A stretch of DNA of 31,891 nt from Gemmatimonadales bacterium (GCA_034666205.1 JAXDMF010000210.1:1-31891), one strand, 5' to 3'. Positions 15,926-25,572 are shown, counted from the stretch's first letter. A program made the numbers and translations. Notes: a model not told the origin generated them from the letters alone.

Positions 15926-16999
15926 TCAGGCGAGCTGTCGAGTAACTCGAATGTGACCCGGCTTGCCGGCGACCACCCGACCGATCACCACAGCGGCAGG
16001 AGTGTGCTCTTCTCGTAATGCGGCCAGCAGCGCTGTCTCGTTCTCCGCCGGTACCGCCAGAAGCAGGCCGCCGGAGGTCTGGGCATCCACGCACAGGTAT
16101 CGGTCTGCGGTTCCCAGGTCGGCTGCCCATTCCACTTTCTCCGCAGCCTCGAGATTCCGCTCGGTGCCGCCCGGCACGACACCCCGGGAGGCAAGGTTCC
16201 GCGCGTGGGGCAGAATGGGGAGAGCGTCGAAGGCGATCTCAGCCGCGACCTTACTCGCCTCCAGCATGCTGGTGAGGTGCCCCACCAGCCCAAAGCCGGT
16301 CACATCGGTGGCGGCGCTGACGCCCACGCGCAGGGCCGCTCGGGAGGCGCCGTCGTTCAGAACCGTCATCGACCGGACCGCCTCGGCCATGCCGGTTTCC
16401 AGCAATGCGTCCCGCTTGAGCGCTGTGGCCAGGATGCCGGTCCCGAGTGGCTTGGTCAGGACCAACCGATCCCCGGCACAGGCGCCGGCGTTGGTCAGCA
16501 TGCGGTCCGGGTGCACCTCGCCGATGACCGTCATGCCGAAGGTGGGCTCCACCGCATCGATCGAGTGGCCTCCCAGGATGAGACAGCCCGCCCGCTGGGC
16601 CACCTCGGCAGCGCCGCGGAGGAGCTCTCCCAGCATGTCGAATGGCAGTCGATCCCGGGGCCAGCCGACCAGGTTGAGACCGAACAACGGGGTGGCTCCC
16701 ATCGCGTAGATATCGCTCAGCGCGTTGGCGACCGCGATCGCTCCCCATGCTGCGGGATCGTCGACGATCGGGGTGAAGAAATCGACCGTCGCCACGAGGG
16801 CACGTTCAGGAGACAGCAGAAACACCGCGGCGTCGTCGCGGGTGGCGGCGTCGATCAGGACCCGAGGGTCCCCGATTGCGGGCAGATGGCGCAGGACCTG
16901 CGCCAGATCGGCGGCGCCGAGCTTACAGGCTCAACCTGCGCCGTGCGAGAGCGCGGTGAGACGAATCCGTGGCTTCTGGTCGATTGGGGTGTCGGGCAC
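15926..16999 (-). CDS. selD: Selenide, water dikinase with in-frame selenocysteine (357 aa)
   Basis: Manual translation from GTG 16999 gives MPDTPIDQKPRIRLTALSHGAG-U-ACKL, with TGA at 16933-16931 in the catalytic Cys/Sec-x-x-Lys position. It continues in frame into DDAAV, TVDFFTP, NALSDIYAMG, GGHSI, TKPLGTG, DVTGFGL, DAQTSGGLL. GGAGG upstream. Confidence 0.92.
16887..16905 (-). promoter_or_regulatory. Putative bacterial SECIS hairpin of selD
   Basis: Minus strand UGGCGCAG-GUC-CUGCGCCA (perfect 8-bp stem). The loop starts 33 nt after the UGA, and the apical GCAGGUC resembles the E. coli fdhF SECIS. Confidence 0.72.
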
Positions 17000-17032
17000 A
17001 GGACCTCCGGTGAACGGATCGAACCACGCAGT

Positions 17033-17935
17033 CTATCCCTCCTGCTCTACCCAGATCAACGCTCTCAGGGCGATGAGCGCCCGCTCCTGCTGCGCAGTCG
17101 AGCCGAAGCTGCCGTCGGTCCTCTGCCGTGCCAGCAAGGCGGCCACGGCGCGGCGCAGGACAGCCTGGGCCTCCGCCGTGCCGATGGCCAGCAGCGCCTC
17201 GATGGTGTGAAAGAGATCCGCGTTGGGCCAGGTCCCGTCCTCCGCCTGGTTGGCGGCGAGCACCGCGGCAAGCTGGGGAACTTCGTCGCGCCGTGGCCCG
17301 GGGACGTACGCCAGCGCGTGAACCGCGGCAACGATCACGTCGGCCGCAAAGTAACCATCGCATTCGTCCCAACGGTTCTGGAGACGGCCCAGGCTGACGG
17401 TGTGCCGTTCGATGGCTGCGCGGTTGGCCAGGCCACCTCGGAGCGCGGCCCGTAACGCCAGGCAGCTGATGGCGAACCGCGCCGCGGGCTCGGCCCGGTA
17501 GACCTTCCCGTTCGGCAGCATGACCGGCGCAATCCGCTGTGCCGGCGGTGCCGGCGAAAAGAAGCCGGAGATGAAGTGCTCGCAAGCTCGGTACGAGTGC
17601 CGGGCAGGAGTGCATCCTTCGCTGAACGATCCGGGCCGGTCTTGATGCTCGAGTACGCACGCCATGACCCGGACCCAGTCTGACTGGTCCGCCCCACACC
17701 TCAGATCCAGCAGCTCATGGGCCCTCCAAATCGTGGCAATCATGCCACCGGGGACGCTCCCGTCGGCCCGAATCTCCGCTCGCATCTGATCGATCAGGCG
17801 GCTGGCCAGGGCCTCGTCATCGGGCGCAGGCTGGCCCAACGCTTCCCGAGCAAGGATGCCCTGGCGGGTCGCCAGCGGGGCGAAGTAGAGCCGGAGCTGC
17901 TCGATGGCCTCGGCGGTGCCGGCCGGCGCACTCAT
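17033..17935 (-). CDS. Hypothetical protein with prenyltransferase / squalene-cyclase-like QxxDGxW repeats (300 aa)
   Basis: Helical pattern punctuated by HQDRPGSF, NQAEDGTW and RQRTDGSF. ATGA overlap with the amidohydrolase. Confidence 0.65.
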   Translation of the reverse strand: MSAPAGTAEAIEQLRLYFAPLATRQGILAREALGQPAPDDEALASRLIDQMRAEIRADGSVPGGMIATIWRAHELLDLRCGADQSDWVRVMACVLEHQDRPGSFSEGCTPARHSYRACEHFISGFFSPAPPAQRIAPVMLPNGKVYRAEPAARFAISCLALRAALRGGLANRAAIERHTVSLGRLQNRWDECDGYFAADVIVAAVHALAYVPGPRRDEVPQLAAVLAANQAEDGTWPNADLFHTIEALLAIGTAEAQAVLRRAVAALLARQRTDGSFGSTAQQERALIALRALIWVEQEG

Positions 17936-19308
17936 TGGGGCCAGGTCGCGCGAATCGAGTCGGCGTCGAGCAGGTGCCCCCGAATCATCACCGATTGAAT
18001 TGCACGGCTGTTCCTGATGTCGGCCAGGGGGTCCCTGGTGAGAACGACAAGGTCGGCTGCCTTTCCCGGCGCGAGGAGCCCAAGGGAGTCGACTCCGAGC
18101 AACACCGCTCCGTTTCGCGTCGCCGCCCGCAGCGCTTCACGGGGCGAGAGGCCGGCGCGTACCAGGAGCTCCATCTCCCGGTGCTCGCTGTAGCCGGGAA
18201 CGAGGAGCGGGTTCGACGCGTCGGTCCCGGCGGCGATGCGGCCACCGCTGGCGGCGAAAACCCGGAGAAAGAAATCCTGTTTGGGTCGGGACCTCCGAAA
18301 CGATTCAAAATCGGCCTCGGTCCACCCGGCACGGGCGATGAGGCCGCTCACATCCCACTCCTTCAGCTGCGTAGCCGGCACGTCGGCCAGGGCGGCATCG
18401 TTCAGCACCGCTGGGTCATCGAGCCGGCTCATGGTCTCGTGCAGGATCAGGGTGGGAATAATTGTGACCTTCTGGTCAGCCAGCCGTGCGGCCACTCGGG
18501 TAAGAGCGGCCGAATCGAGGTCGGCCCAGCTTCGCTCGGAGGCGGTCCAGCCCTGCCAGAAGCCCCGATAGTGTGCGGCGAATAGGGCAGATGGATCCTT
18601 CGACGCCGCTTCAGCCACCCCACTCATGTGCTCGATGCCGGAGATGCCGACCTTTGCCGCCGCGAGCGCATCGGTCATCCCGAGGTGGCCGGTGACGCTC
18701 AGATTGAAGGCGTGGGCCTCATCGACTATCGCTCGAAGCAGGGCGGGGTCAACATGGGTGTACACCTTGATGAGATCGACGCTGGCGCTTACCAGCCGAT
18801 CCACGGCCTTGCGGGCGTCGTTCTCGGTATTCACGGCAATCGCGTCACGATACGTCGCCGGCAGCCCGTCGATCATGGCTCCGGCCGCATAGACCCGCGG
18901 GTTGTTTCCCGGGCCCAGGTTGGCCCGCTTCCGAACGTGGAGGATCTGGTTGAGGTCGCCGTGCACGTCCCTCAACGTGGTGACGCCCCAGGCGAGATAG
19001 CGGGAGGGGGCCCAATCGGCTGCCGGCGCCAGGTGGCAGTGCGCGTCGATCAGGCCCGGGATGATCCACCGGCCCGTGACATCCAGCTCGCGAGTTTTCT
19101 TGGGAAGCTCGAAGGCCGATCGAGGCCCGACGAACTCGATTGTTCCCTGGCGAACGACGATCGCGGCATCGGTCAGGGGAGGGCCGCCGGTGCCGTCGAT
19201 GAGCGTGGCTCCGACAAGAGCGACACCGTCGGGCGTCGATTCCCGGCATCCCTGCAGCACCAGCCCGCAGAGGAATAGGCCCGCGAGCCGGTAGCTAACG
19301 CGGATCAC
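17932..19308 (-). CDS. Amidohydrolase-family metallo-hydrolase, probable lipoprotein (about 458 aa)
   Basis: IPGLIDAHCH, IKVY, GHL, IEH, AGTD, LAPGKAADLVVL. Signal ending VLQG-C after GTG 19308 (start inferred). Confidence 0.85.
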   Translation of the reverse strand: MIRVSYRLAGLFLCGLVLQGCRESTPDGVALVGATLIDGTGGPPLTDAAIVVRQGTIEFVGPRSAFELPKKTRELDVTGRWIIPGLIDAHCHLAPAADWAPSRYLAWGVTTLRDVHGDLNQILHVRKRANLGPGNNPRVYAAGAMIDGLPATYRDAIAVNTENDARKAVDRLVSASVDLIKVYTHVDPALLRAIVDEAHAFNLSVTGHLGMTDALAAAKVGISGIEHMSGVAEAASKDPSALFAAHYRGFWQGWTASERSWADLDSAALTRVAARLADQKVTIIPTLILHETMSRLDDPAVLNDAALADVPATQLKEWDVSGLIARAGWTEADFESFRRSRPKQDFFLRVFAASGGRIAAGTDASNPLLVPGYSEHREMELLVRAGLSPREALRAATRNGAVLLGVDSLGLLAPGKAADLVVLTRDPLADIRNSRAIQSVMIRGHLLDADSIRATWPQ

Positions 19309-19765
19309 TGGATGTATGGTCGTGGAGGATTCGCCAACCTGCGGGCCTCTGCTCCATGACCAGCGTGAATGGACCGCTGGCAGTGACAAGGCCGCCGCGG
19401 GTGAGCAGGAAGCGGGCGGTGACCAGCGCGAGGCCTGGGTTCAAGTAGCGAGCCTCAACCTCCTCGAACCGAAGGCTGTCCCGGCGGGCCCCAGGGGCGA
19501 AGCGGGGAGCGTAGTTCTGTCGGATGAACTCGAAGCCGTGGCGCGCCCGGCGCCCATCCACGAAGGTCGTCGTGCTTTCGGCCGCGTAGTCCGACAGAAA
19601 GCCTTCTAGATCGCCACGGTTCCAGTCATCCGCGGCGCGATCGAGCTGGCTTGTGATCTGGCTGGCAAGGGTGACGACACTCGAGTTGCTTCCCGACGCC
19701 GTGGTCTCGCCGCCGGTCCGGCACGCCGCGACGGCGGCAGCCAGAAGGAGCGTGATGGCACGCAT
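19295..19765 (-). CDS. NTF2-like / DUF4440 lipoprotein (156 aa)
   Basis: Lipobox AVAA-C, WNRGDLEGF, and C-terminal GWRILHDHTS. Confidence 0.82.
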   Translation of the reverse strand: MRAITLLLAAAVAACRTGGETTASGSNSSVVTLASQITSQLDRAADDWNRGDLEGFLSDYAAESTTTFVDGRRARHGFEFIRQNYAPRFAPGARRDSLRFEEVEARYLNPGLALVTARFLLTRGGLVTASGPFTLVMEQRPAGWRILHDHTSSDPR

Positions 19766-19838
19766 GGACGACCGGTGGGAAAGGGTGCTGGAAGGTGGAC
19801 AAGTCAGACGGGCGATGCAAGATCCGGCGCACTCGGCT

Positions 19839-19853
19839 TATACTTGGGCGATG
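19839..19853 (+). promoter_or_regulatory. -10 box TATACT 6 nt before the GH15 ATG (leaderless-type promoter)
   Basis: TATACT at 19839-19844, ATG at 19851, no Shine-Dalgarno. Confidence 0.55.
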
Positions 19854-21707
19854 ACCGACGTCCAGGATCAGACGCCGACCGAAGCTCCCGCTCGGCGCTC
19901 CGGCGCCGCTCGCCAACAACCGATTTCCGCCTACGGTCTCATAGGCGACATGCGCACGGCCGCCCTGGTCGGTCTCGATGGCTCGATCGACTGGTGCTGC
20001 CTGCCTCGCTTCGACAGTGCGAGCGTCTTCGCAGCCCTGCTGGACACCGAACGGGGTGGAACCTGGGCCATCCATCCCGAGGGCCGGTGGACCTCCACTC
20101 AGCGATATCTCCCGCGGACCAACATCCTCGAGACCACATTTCGTACTGCTGACGACGCGGTCGTCAGCGTGACCGACTTCATGCCGGTGGCCGAGGATGG
20201 GCGTCCCTCGGGGCCCCATCCGGAGATCCATCGTCGGCTGCGCTGCTCCCGCGGCCGGGCCCTGATGAGCATGGTCTTCATGCCCCGGTTCGAATACGGA
20301 GCTCGGACCACCCGACTCGAGCTGCTGCGGGCAGGGCTCTTCGCTACCGATCGGACCGATCAGGTTCTCACCCTCTCCAGCGGCAAGTCGTTCGAATGGA
20401 TGATCGAGCAATCAACCGCAACGGCGCGCTTCGAGCTCGAGAAGGGAGAGGAGCGCTGGCTCGTCCTCCGGTACGATGACGACGACATCCATCCGGTGGA
20501 TCGGTACGAGAGCGCGCGCAAGCTCGACAACACCGCGGCGTTCTGGCAGAAATGGTCTGCCCAGGTCCGCTACCGGGGGCCCTATCGCGGGATGGTCAAG
20601 CGATCGGCCCTCACGTTGAAGCTGCTCACCCATGCCGAGACGGGCGCGATGATTGCCGCTCCAACCACGTCTCTCCCCGAGACGATCGGAGGGGTGCGCA
20701 ACTGGGATTATCGATTTGTCTGGCTGCGTGATGCCGCCTTCACCCTGGCGGCGTTCGACGCCGTGGGACACTACCGCGAGTCCGATCACTTCATGCGGTT
20801 CCTCAAGAAGGTCTGCCGGCACGAGGGTGGCGGTCACCTCCAGATCATGTACGGCATCGACGGCCGCCGTGACCTGGTCGAGCGCCAGCTGGACCACCTG
20901 AGCGGCTACCGCAACTCCCGTCCGGTGCGGGTCGGCAATGGTGCAGTGGGCCAGCTCCAGCTCGACGTCTACGGAGAGGTCATGGAGACCGCCGACATCT
21001 GGCGACGGAAGCACGAGATGACGGAAGGCACGTGGCGAGTGCTCCGGGGGCTGGTGGATTGGGTGAGCAAGAACTGGCACCTTCCAGACTCGAGTATCTG
21101 GGAGGTGCGGGGCGAAGTTCGCCACTACGTGTTCAGCAAGGTGATGAGCTGGGTTGCGGTGGATCGAGGCATACGAATGGCCGAGGAGCTGAGCCTGGAA
21201 GGCGATACGGTCGGCTGGCGGGCCGCACGGGACGCGCTCCACGCGGAGATCATGGAGCGCGGGTGGAATGAGGAGCGACAATCGTTCGTCCAGTCATACG
21301 ACGACACTGCACTCGATGCCGCCGCCCTGGCCATACCGATGGTGCGTTTTCTCCCCTGGAGCCACCCACGGGTGCATGCAACCGTGCGGGCAGTGGCCCG
21401 GGAGCTGACCAGCATGGATGGCGAACTGGTCTACCGGTACCGCCATCCCGATGGACTCGAGGGTGAAGAAGGCTGCTTCTCCATCTGCACCTTCTGGCTG
21501 GCCCAGGCGCTGGCCATGATCGGCGAGCGGGAGCGCGCCGAGCGGGTCTTCCGCCGCATGCTCCAGCACGCAAATCACGTCGGCCTGTATTCCGAGGAGA
21601 TCGACCCGCTGACGGGTGAGTTCCTGGGCAACTTTCCCCAGGCCTTCACTCACATCGCGCTGATCAATTGTGCCGCCGCCCTGGCCCGGCTCGAGAAGCA
21701 GAGCTAA
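19851..21707 (+). CDS. Glycoside hydrolase family 15 (glucoamylase/trehalase-like, about 618 aa)
   Basis: YGLIGDMRTAALV, DWCCLPRFDS, AAPTTSLPE, RNWDYR-WLRD, IWEVR, LYSEE, GNFPQAFTH. The ORF-track start at 19653 overlaps the divergent gene. Confidence 0.92.
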   Translation: MTDVQDQTPTEAPARRSGAARQQPISAYGLIGDMRTAALVGLDGSIDWCCLPRFDSASVFAALLDTERGGTWAIHPEGRWTSTQRYLPRTNILETTFRTADDAVVSVTDFMPVAEDGRPSGPHPEIHRRLRCSRGRALMSMVFMPRFEYGARTTRLELLRAGLFATDRTDQVLTLSSGKSFEWMIEQSTATARFELEKGEERWLVLRYDDDDIHPVDRYESARKLDNTAAFWQKWSAQVRYRGPYRGMVKRSALTLKLLTHAETGAMIAAPTTSLPETIGGVRNWDYRFVWLRDAAFTLAAFDAVGHYRESDHFMRFLKKVCRHEGGGHLQIMYGIDGRRDLVERQLDHLSGYRNSRPVRVGNGAVGQLQLDVYGEVMETADIWRRKHEMTEGTWRVLRGLVDWVSKNWHLPDSSIWEVRGEVRHYVFSKVMSWVAVDRGIRMAEELSLEGDTVGWRAARDALHAEIMERGWNEERQSFVQSYDDTALDAAALAIPMVRFLPWSHPRVHATVRAVARELTSMDGELVYRYRHPDGLEGEEGCFSICTFWLAQALAMIGERERAERVFRRMLQHANHVGLYSEEIDPLTGEFLGNFPQAFTHIALINCAAALARLEKQS

Positions 21708-21716
21708 CCCAGCGCG

Positions 21717-22121
21717 TTACCGCCTCCGGCCGCCGCGCCCCTTCTTTGCTCTCTTACGGGAAGCGGATCGACGCGCACTCTTCCTGCCGGAAGACTTGCT
21801 GCGCGAGGCTTTCTTGCGAGCCGAACTCCGCCCGCCCTTCTTGGCGGATTTCCTGGCTGATTTCCTGGTGCTCTTCTTTGCGGCCTTCTTGGCGGATTTC
21901 TTGGCGCGCTTCCGCGAGGAGGACTTCTTGGCGGAGCCGCGGCTCGACTTCTTGGCCGGCTTGCGACTCGGCTGGGCTGTCCGGCCGCGGGCGCTGGATG
22001 AATCTTCGAAGTCGTATGAAGGCGTCGAGGCGGGAGTGGGAGCCGGCGTGTTCTCCATTGGCAGCGGATCCATCCAGCCAGAGCCGGACCAGCCCATCTC
22101 CATGTAGTGAAGCTCGGCCAT
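21717..22121 (-). CDS. Histone H1-like Lys/Arg/Ser/Ala-rich basic protein (134 aa)
   Basis: ATG 22121 preceded by GGGAGGGAG. The C-terminal ~92 aa are AKKS/ARKS-type repeats with no acidic residue. Confidence 0.75.
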   Translation of the reverse strand: MAELHYMEMGWSGSGWMDPLPMENTPAPTPASTPSYDFEDSSSARGRTAQPSRKPAKKSSRGSAKKSSSRKRAKKSAKKAAKKSTRKSARKSAKKGGRSSARKKASRSKSSGRKSARRSASRKRAKKGRGGRRR

Positions 22122-22262
22122 CTTCGCTCCCTCCCAACGCAGGTGCGGCGCTACCCGCCGCCGGTTTCGAGGCGCGCACGCGCCTTCCAGTGAACAGGAC
22201 ATATAACTTGCACATCCTCATGGCTTCTGCAAGCCGCCGCTGCAGCGTCACCCGGGCCGCGC

Positions 22263-22268
22263 TATAAT
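22263..22268 (+). promoter_or_regulatory. Perfect -10 box TATAAT upstream of the Ig/TolB gene
   Basis: Exact TATAAT in a GC-rich background. CTGCAG lies 17 nt upstream as a weak -35. Confidence 0.45.
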
Positions 22269-22304
22269 TACGCACTACATCCTCTTCCCGGAATCAACTG
22301 CCCG

Positions 22305-24521
22305 GTGATCTCAGCCCCAATCGCTGGGGCCCGTAGAGCCTGCGGGCTTCCGCCATGGACGCGCAGCTATGTGCTCACGGGCTTCGCACTTGCGACGCTC
22401 ATTCCCGGAGCTTCGGCGGCCGCACAGACGGTAGCCGAGGTCCAGGTAACCCCTGAAACCCTGACCCTGGGGGTGGGGCAGAAGCAGGCCATCTTCGCCG
22501 CAGCCTTCGATCAACGCGGCAACCTCATCCCCTCGGCCAAGATCACGTTCGGGAGCTCGGACACCCTCATCGCCCAGGTCCGAAAGGATGGAACGGTCTT
22601 GGGCGTGACCCCCGGCTTGGCCAAGATCGAAGCCCGGTCGCAGGGGAAGCGGGCATCCCTGGCGGTGCTGATCACCGGCACCGCTCGCGGAGCCCCGGTC
22701 GCTTCGGTCCTGACGCTGGAGCCCGCCGCGGTGACCCTCCTCCTCGGCGAGAGCGTCCGGATCTCCCCCCAGGCCCTTCGGGATGACGGTACACCAGCAG
22801 CGATCGGACGGGTGACCTGGAAATCGCTCAAGCCGGAGATCGCCACCGTGGACAGCGCCGGGGTCGTCTTCGGCGTCGGAGCCGGCAGAACGATCGTACA
22901 GGCAGCCACCGGAACCAGGCTGATGGCGACGCTGCCGGTGGAAGTCGTCCAGGCCGACTTTGTTCTCTCGCGCAGCAAGATCTCGCTGGGACCGGAGGAA
23001 GCCGACACCATCGGGGTCCTGGTGCCGAGTCAAGGCAACCGTGAGGTCCGCGCATTAGTCCAGTGGCGATCGACCGACTCGACCGTGGCGTCCGTCAGTC
23101 CCTCGGGCATCGTGCGGGCCCGCGCGCCGGGCCAGGCGGAGATCATCGCCAGTGGTTCCGGCCAGGAGCACAGGGTCGCGGTGTCGGTCCACGCCTTGGC
23201 AGAGGCCCTGGTGGTTTCACCTCATCAAGGCGGTACGATCCAGGTCCCGCTGCACTCCACCCGCCAGTTCACGGCTGTAGCCGAGGCCGCCGACTCGAGC
23301 CCCATTCCCGAGGCACGAGTCGTTTGGCATCAGAGTGACAGCGCAGTGGCCTCGTTTGATCAGCGAACCGGCACCCTCACGCCCAAGGGGCTAGGGACCA
23401 CCACTCTGACCGCGACACTGCCCGGAATACCCCCGGCGGTGTGGACCGTGCAGGTGGTGCCCGGAGAGCTCGTGGTGGACCCCGCCCGGGTGGGTCTCCT
23501 GGTCGGCCAGCGTACGACATTGACGGCGCATCTTCGAGAGGATCAGGGCGGCTCGACCAGCCGGAGCACGGCTCCCCGCTGGACCTCCGATCGGTCTGAG
23601 GTCGCCATTGTTCGGGATGGTGTGGTGGACGCGCTGAGTCCCGGGCATGCGCTGGTGAGCGCCACCTCCTCCTGGGGGAAGAGCGCCACCGCCGACGTGT
23701 ATGTGGTTGGCGACCTCCTGCTGGTATCGAATCGGGGTGGAGCCTACGGCATCTACCAGATGCGGGTATCCGGACCTGCCGGACTCCAACCAGTCCTGGT
23801 CGACAGCGCGACCAATATTCAAGCGGTGCTCTCACCCGATCGCACCAGAGTCGCATTCAGCTCCAATCGGACTACCAACTACGATCTCTACGTCATGGAC
23901 GCCGATGGACGGAACCTGCAGCGGCTCACCACCAGTCCCGGTAACGAAGGGGAACCGGCCTGGACTCCGGATGGGAAACGCCTCGTCTATACTGCCAATT
24001 CGGGTGCCACAACGCAGATCGCAATCATCTCGGCAGACGGCAGCGACAACCGCCAGCTCACGATGGGTCCCAGCCGAAACCAATCGCCCGCCGTGTCACC
24101 CGATGGCCGGACCATCGCCTTCGTTTCTACCCGGGATGGAAACCAGGAGATCTATACGATGAGTCTCGATGGAAGTAATCAAAGGCGACTCACCAAGAGC
24201 CCGGCCCGTGACTCGAACCCGCGATTCTTCCCCAGCGGCGATCTGCTCTACGTGACCGAGGGCGGCAAATCGAAAGGATCACGGGTCATGCGCGGGGGAG
24301 CGGCTGGTAGTGCCGGGCTGCTCTTCGAAACCGACCAACCGATCGCCTCCCTGGCGTTGTCTCGGGACGGTGACCGCGCGGCTTATATCGTGGGACGCCT
24401 CGCCGATGCCGCAAAGGGCCGGGTCGAATTCAACCTCTTCTTGCAATCTACGGCGCCCAAAAGCCAGCCAGTCGCCGTTCCGATCCGCCCTGGAGAGCAG
24501 ATCCTGAACCCATCCTTCTGA
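22305..24521 (+). CDS. Secreted protein with tandem bacterial Ig-like (Big_2) domains and a C-terminal TolB-like beta-propeller (up to 738 aa)
   Basis: Repeated W-x-S-x-D/P-x-x-(I/V)-A-x-V...G-x-V units, then PD40-type SPDRTRVAFSS, WTPDGKRLVY and SPDGRTIAFVS. Start uncertain (GTG 22305 or 22371). Confidence 0.82.
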   Translation: MISAPIAGARRACGLPPWTRSYVLTGFALATLIPGASAAAQTVAEVQVTPETLTLGVGQKQAIFAAAFDQRGNLIPSAKITFGSSDTLIAQVRKDGTVLGVTPGLAKIEARSQGKRASLAVLITGTARGAPVASVLTLEPAAVTLLLGESVRISPQALRDDGTPAAIGRVTWKSLKPEIATVDSAGVVFGVGAGRTIVQAATGTRLMATLPVEVVQADFVLSRSKISLGPEEADTIGVLVPSQGNREVRALVQWRSTDSTVASVSPSGIVRARAPGQAEIIASGSGQEHRVAVSVHALAEALVVSPHQGGTIQVPLHSTRQFTAVAEAADSSPIPEARVVWHQSDSAVASFDQRTGTLTPKGLGTTTLTATLPGIPPAVWTVQVVPGELVVDPARVGLLVGQRTTLTAHLREDQGGSTSRSTAPRWTSDRSEVAIVRDGVVDALSPGHALVSATSSWGKSATADVYVVGDLLLVSNRGGAYGIYQMRVSGPAGLQPVLVDSATNIQAVLSPDRTRVAFSSNRTTNYDLYVMDADGRNLQRLTTSPGNEGEPAWTPDGKRLVYTANSGATTQIAIISADGSDNRQLTMGPSRNQSPAVSPDGRTIAFVSTRDGNQEIYTMSLDGSNQRRLTKSPARDSNPRFFPSGDLLYVTEGGKSKGSRVMRGGAAGSAGLLFETDQPIASLALSRDGDRAAYIVGRLADAAKGRVEFNLFLQSTAPKSQPVAVPIRPGEQILNPSF

Positions 24522-24534
24522 AGCTACGCCACGG

Positions 24535-25572
24535 ATGAAGGCTGCAACCTTGGTGGCTGCCGGAGGGCTCCAGCACCTCCGGGTACAGGAGTTGCCGGAA
24601 CCCGTTATCCAATCCGCTGATCAGGTCCTGGTCCAGATGCGAGCCGCCGCGCTCAACCGCCTCGATCTGTTGGTCGCCGAAGGATTGCCAGGGGTCACCT
24701 ACAGCTTCCCCCATATCCTGGGTTCGGATGGGGCCGGGGTCGTTCGAGCGGTCGGGTCGGCGGTCCGGCAGGTGAGCCCCGGAGACCGGGTCATGGTGAA
24801 CCCGACCCTCTCCTGCGGCCAATGCGCGGTGTGCCAGTCAGGGGATGACCCGCTCTGTGCTCGCCTTCGGGTGATTGGGGAGCACTATCCCGGCACCGCG
24901 GCCGAGTACATCGTGGTCCCGGCCCAGAACCTGGCATCAGTTCCAGCGAAGATGCCGTGGCCGGAGGCAGCGTCCTTCTCGCTGGCCACGCTCACGGCGT
25001 GGCGCATGCTGACCACGCGGGCGCGGTTGCAGCCCGGAGAGACTGTGCTGATCTGGGGCATCGGCGGTGGGGTCGCGCTGGCCGCGCTTCAGATTGCGGG
25101 CTTGCTGGGCGCGAGGACGGTGGTCACCAGCGGGTCGGACATGAAGCTCGAGGCGGCGCGGAAGATGGGTGCCGATGTGGTGCTCAACCATCGGAAGGCC
25201 GACGTCGTGGCAGAGCTGCGGAAGCTCACGGGAGGGCAGGGCGCCGACGTCGTGGTGGACAGCGCCGGGGAGCAGAGCTGGCCGATGTCGCTCCGGTCGC
25301 TCAGACGGGGCGGGCGCCTGGTGGTCTGCGGCGCAACCACCGGACCAATAGTCTCTCTCGATCTACGCCGGCTCTTCTGGCATCAGTGGACCATACTGGG
25401 CGCGACCCTCGGCAGCCGGCGCGAGTACGCCGAGATCCTCGAGCTGGCCCACGCAGGAAAGCTATGGCCTGTCATCGATCAGATCGTACCACTGGATGAG
25501 GTTCAAAAGGCCTTCGAACGGCTCCAACGGGGTGAACAGATGGGCAAACTCGTCATCGAGGTTACACAGTGA
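24535..25572 (+). CDS. MDR-superfamily zinc-binding dehydrogenase / quinone-reductase-like (345 aa)
   Basis: Structural Zn motif CGQCAVC...C is retained. The catalytic GHE is replaced by GSD. Nucleotide loop WGIGGGVA. Confidence 0.87.
   Translation: MKAATLVAAGGLQHLRVQELPEPVIQSADQVLVQMRAAALNRLDLLVAEGLPGVTYSFPHILGSDGAGVVRAVGSAVRQVSPGDRVMVNPTLSCGQCAVCQSGDDPLCARLRVIGEHYPGTAAEYIVVPAQNLASVPAKMPWPEAASFSLATLTAWRMLTTRARLQPGETVLIWGIGGGVALAALQIAGLLGARTVVTSGSDMKLEAARKMGADVVLNHRKADVVAELRKLTGGQGADVVVDSAGEQSWPMSLRSLRRGGRLVVCGATTGPIVSLDLRRLFWHQWTILGATLGSRREYAEILELAHAGKLWPVIDQIVPLDEVQKAFERLQRGEQMGKLVIEVTQ

Noticed and set aside
16826-16999. selD as a truncated gene or pseudogene (track starts it at 16825)
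   Set aside because: The frame is continuous. The only interruption is a TGA at the catalytic position, followed by a SECIS-like hairpin.
17014-17030. GGTTCGATCC resembling a tRNA T-loop upstream of selD (minus strand)
   Set aside because: The T-stem cannot extend beyond one pair, and the 33-nt gap cannot hold a cloverleaf or tRNA-Sec.
21754-22275. Alternative 173-aa minus-strand ORF and the 22202 start for the basic protein
   Set aside because: Only ATG 22121 has a strong SD and gives a coherent protein. The other frame is an overlap artefact.
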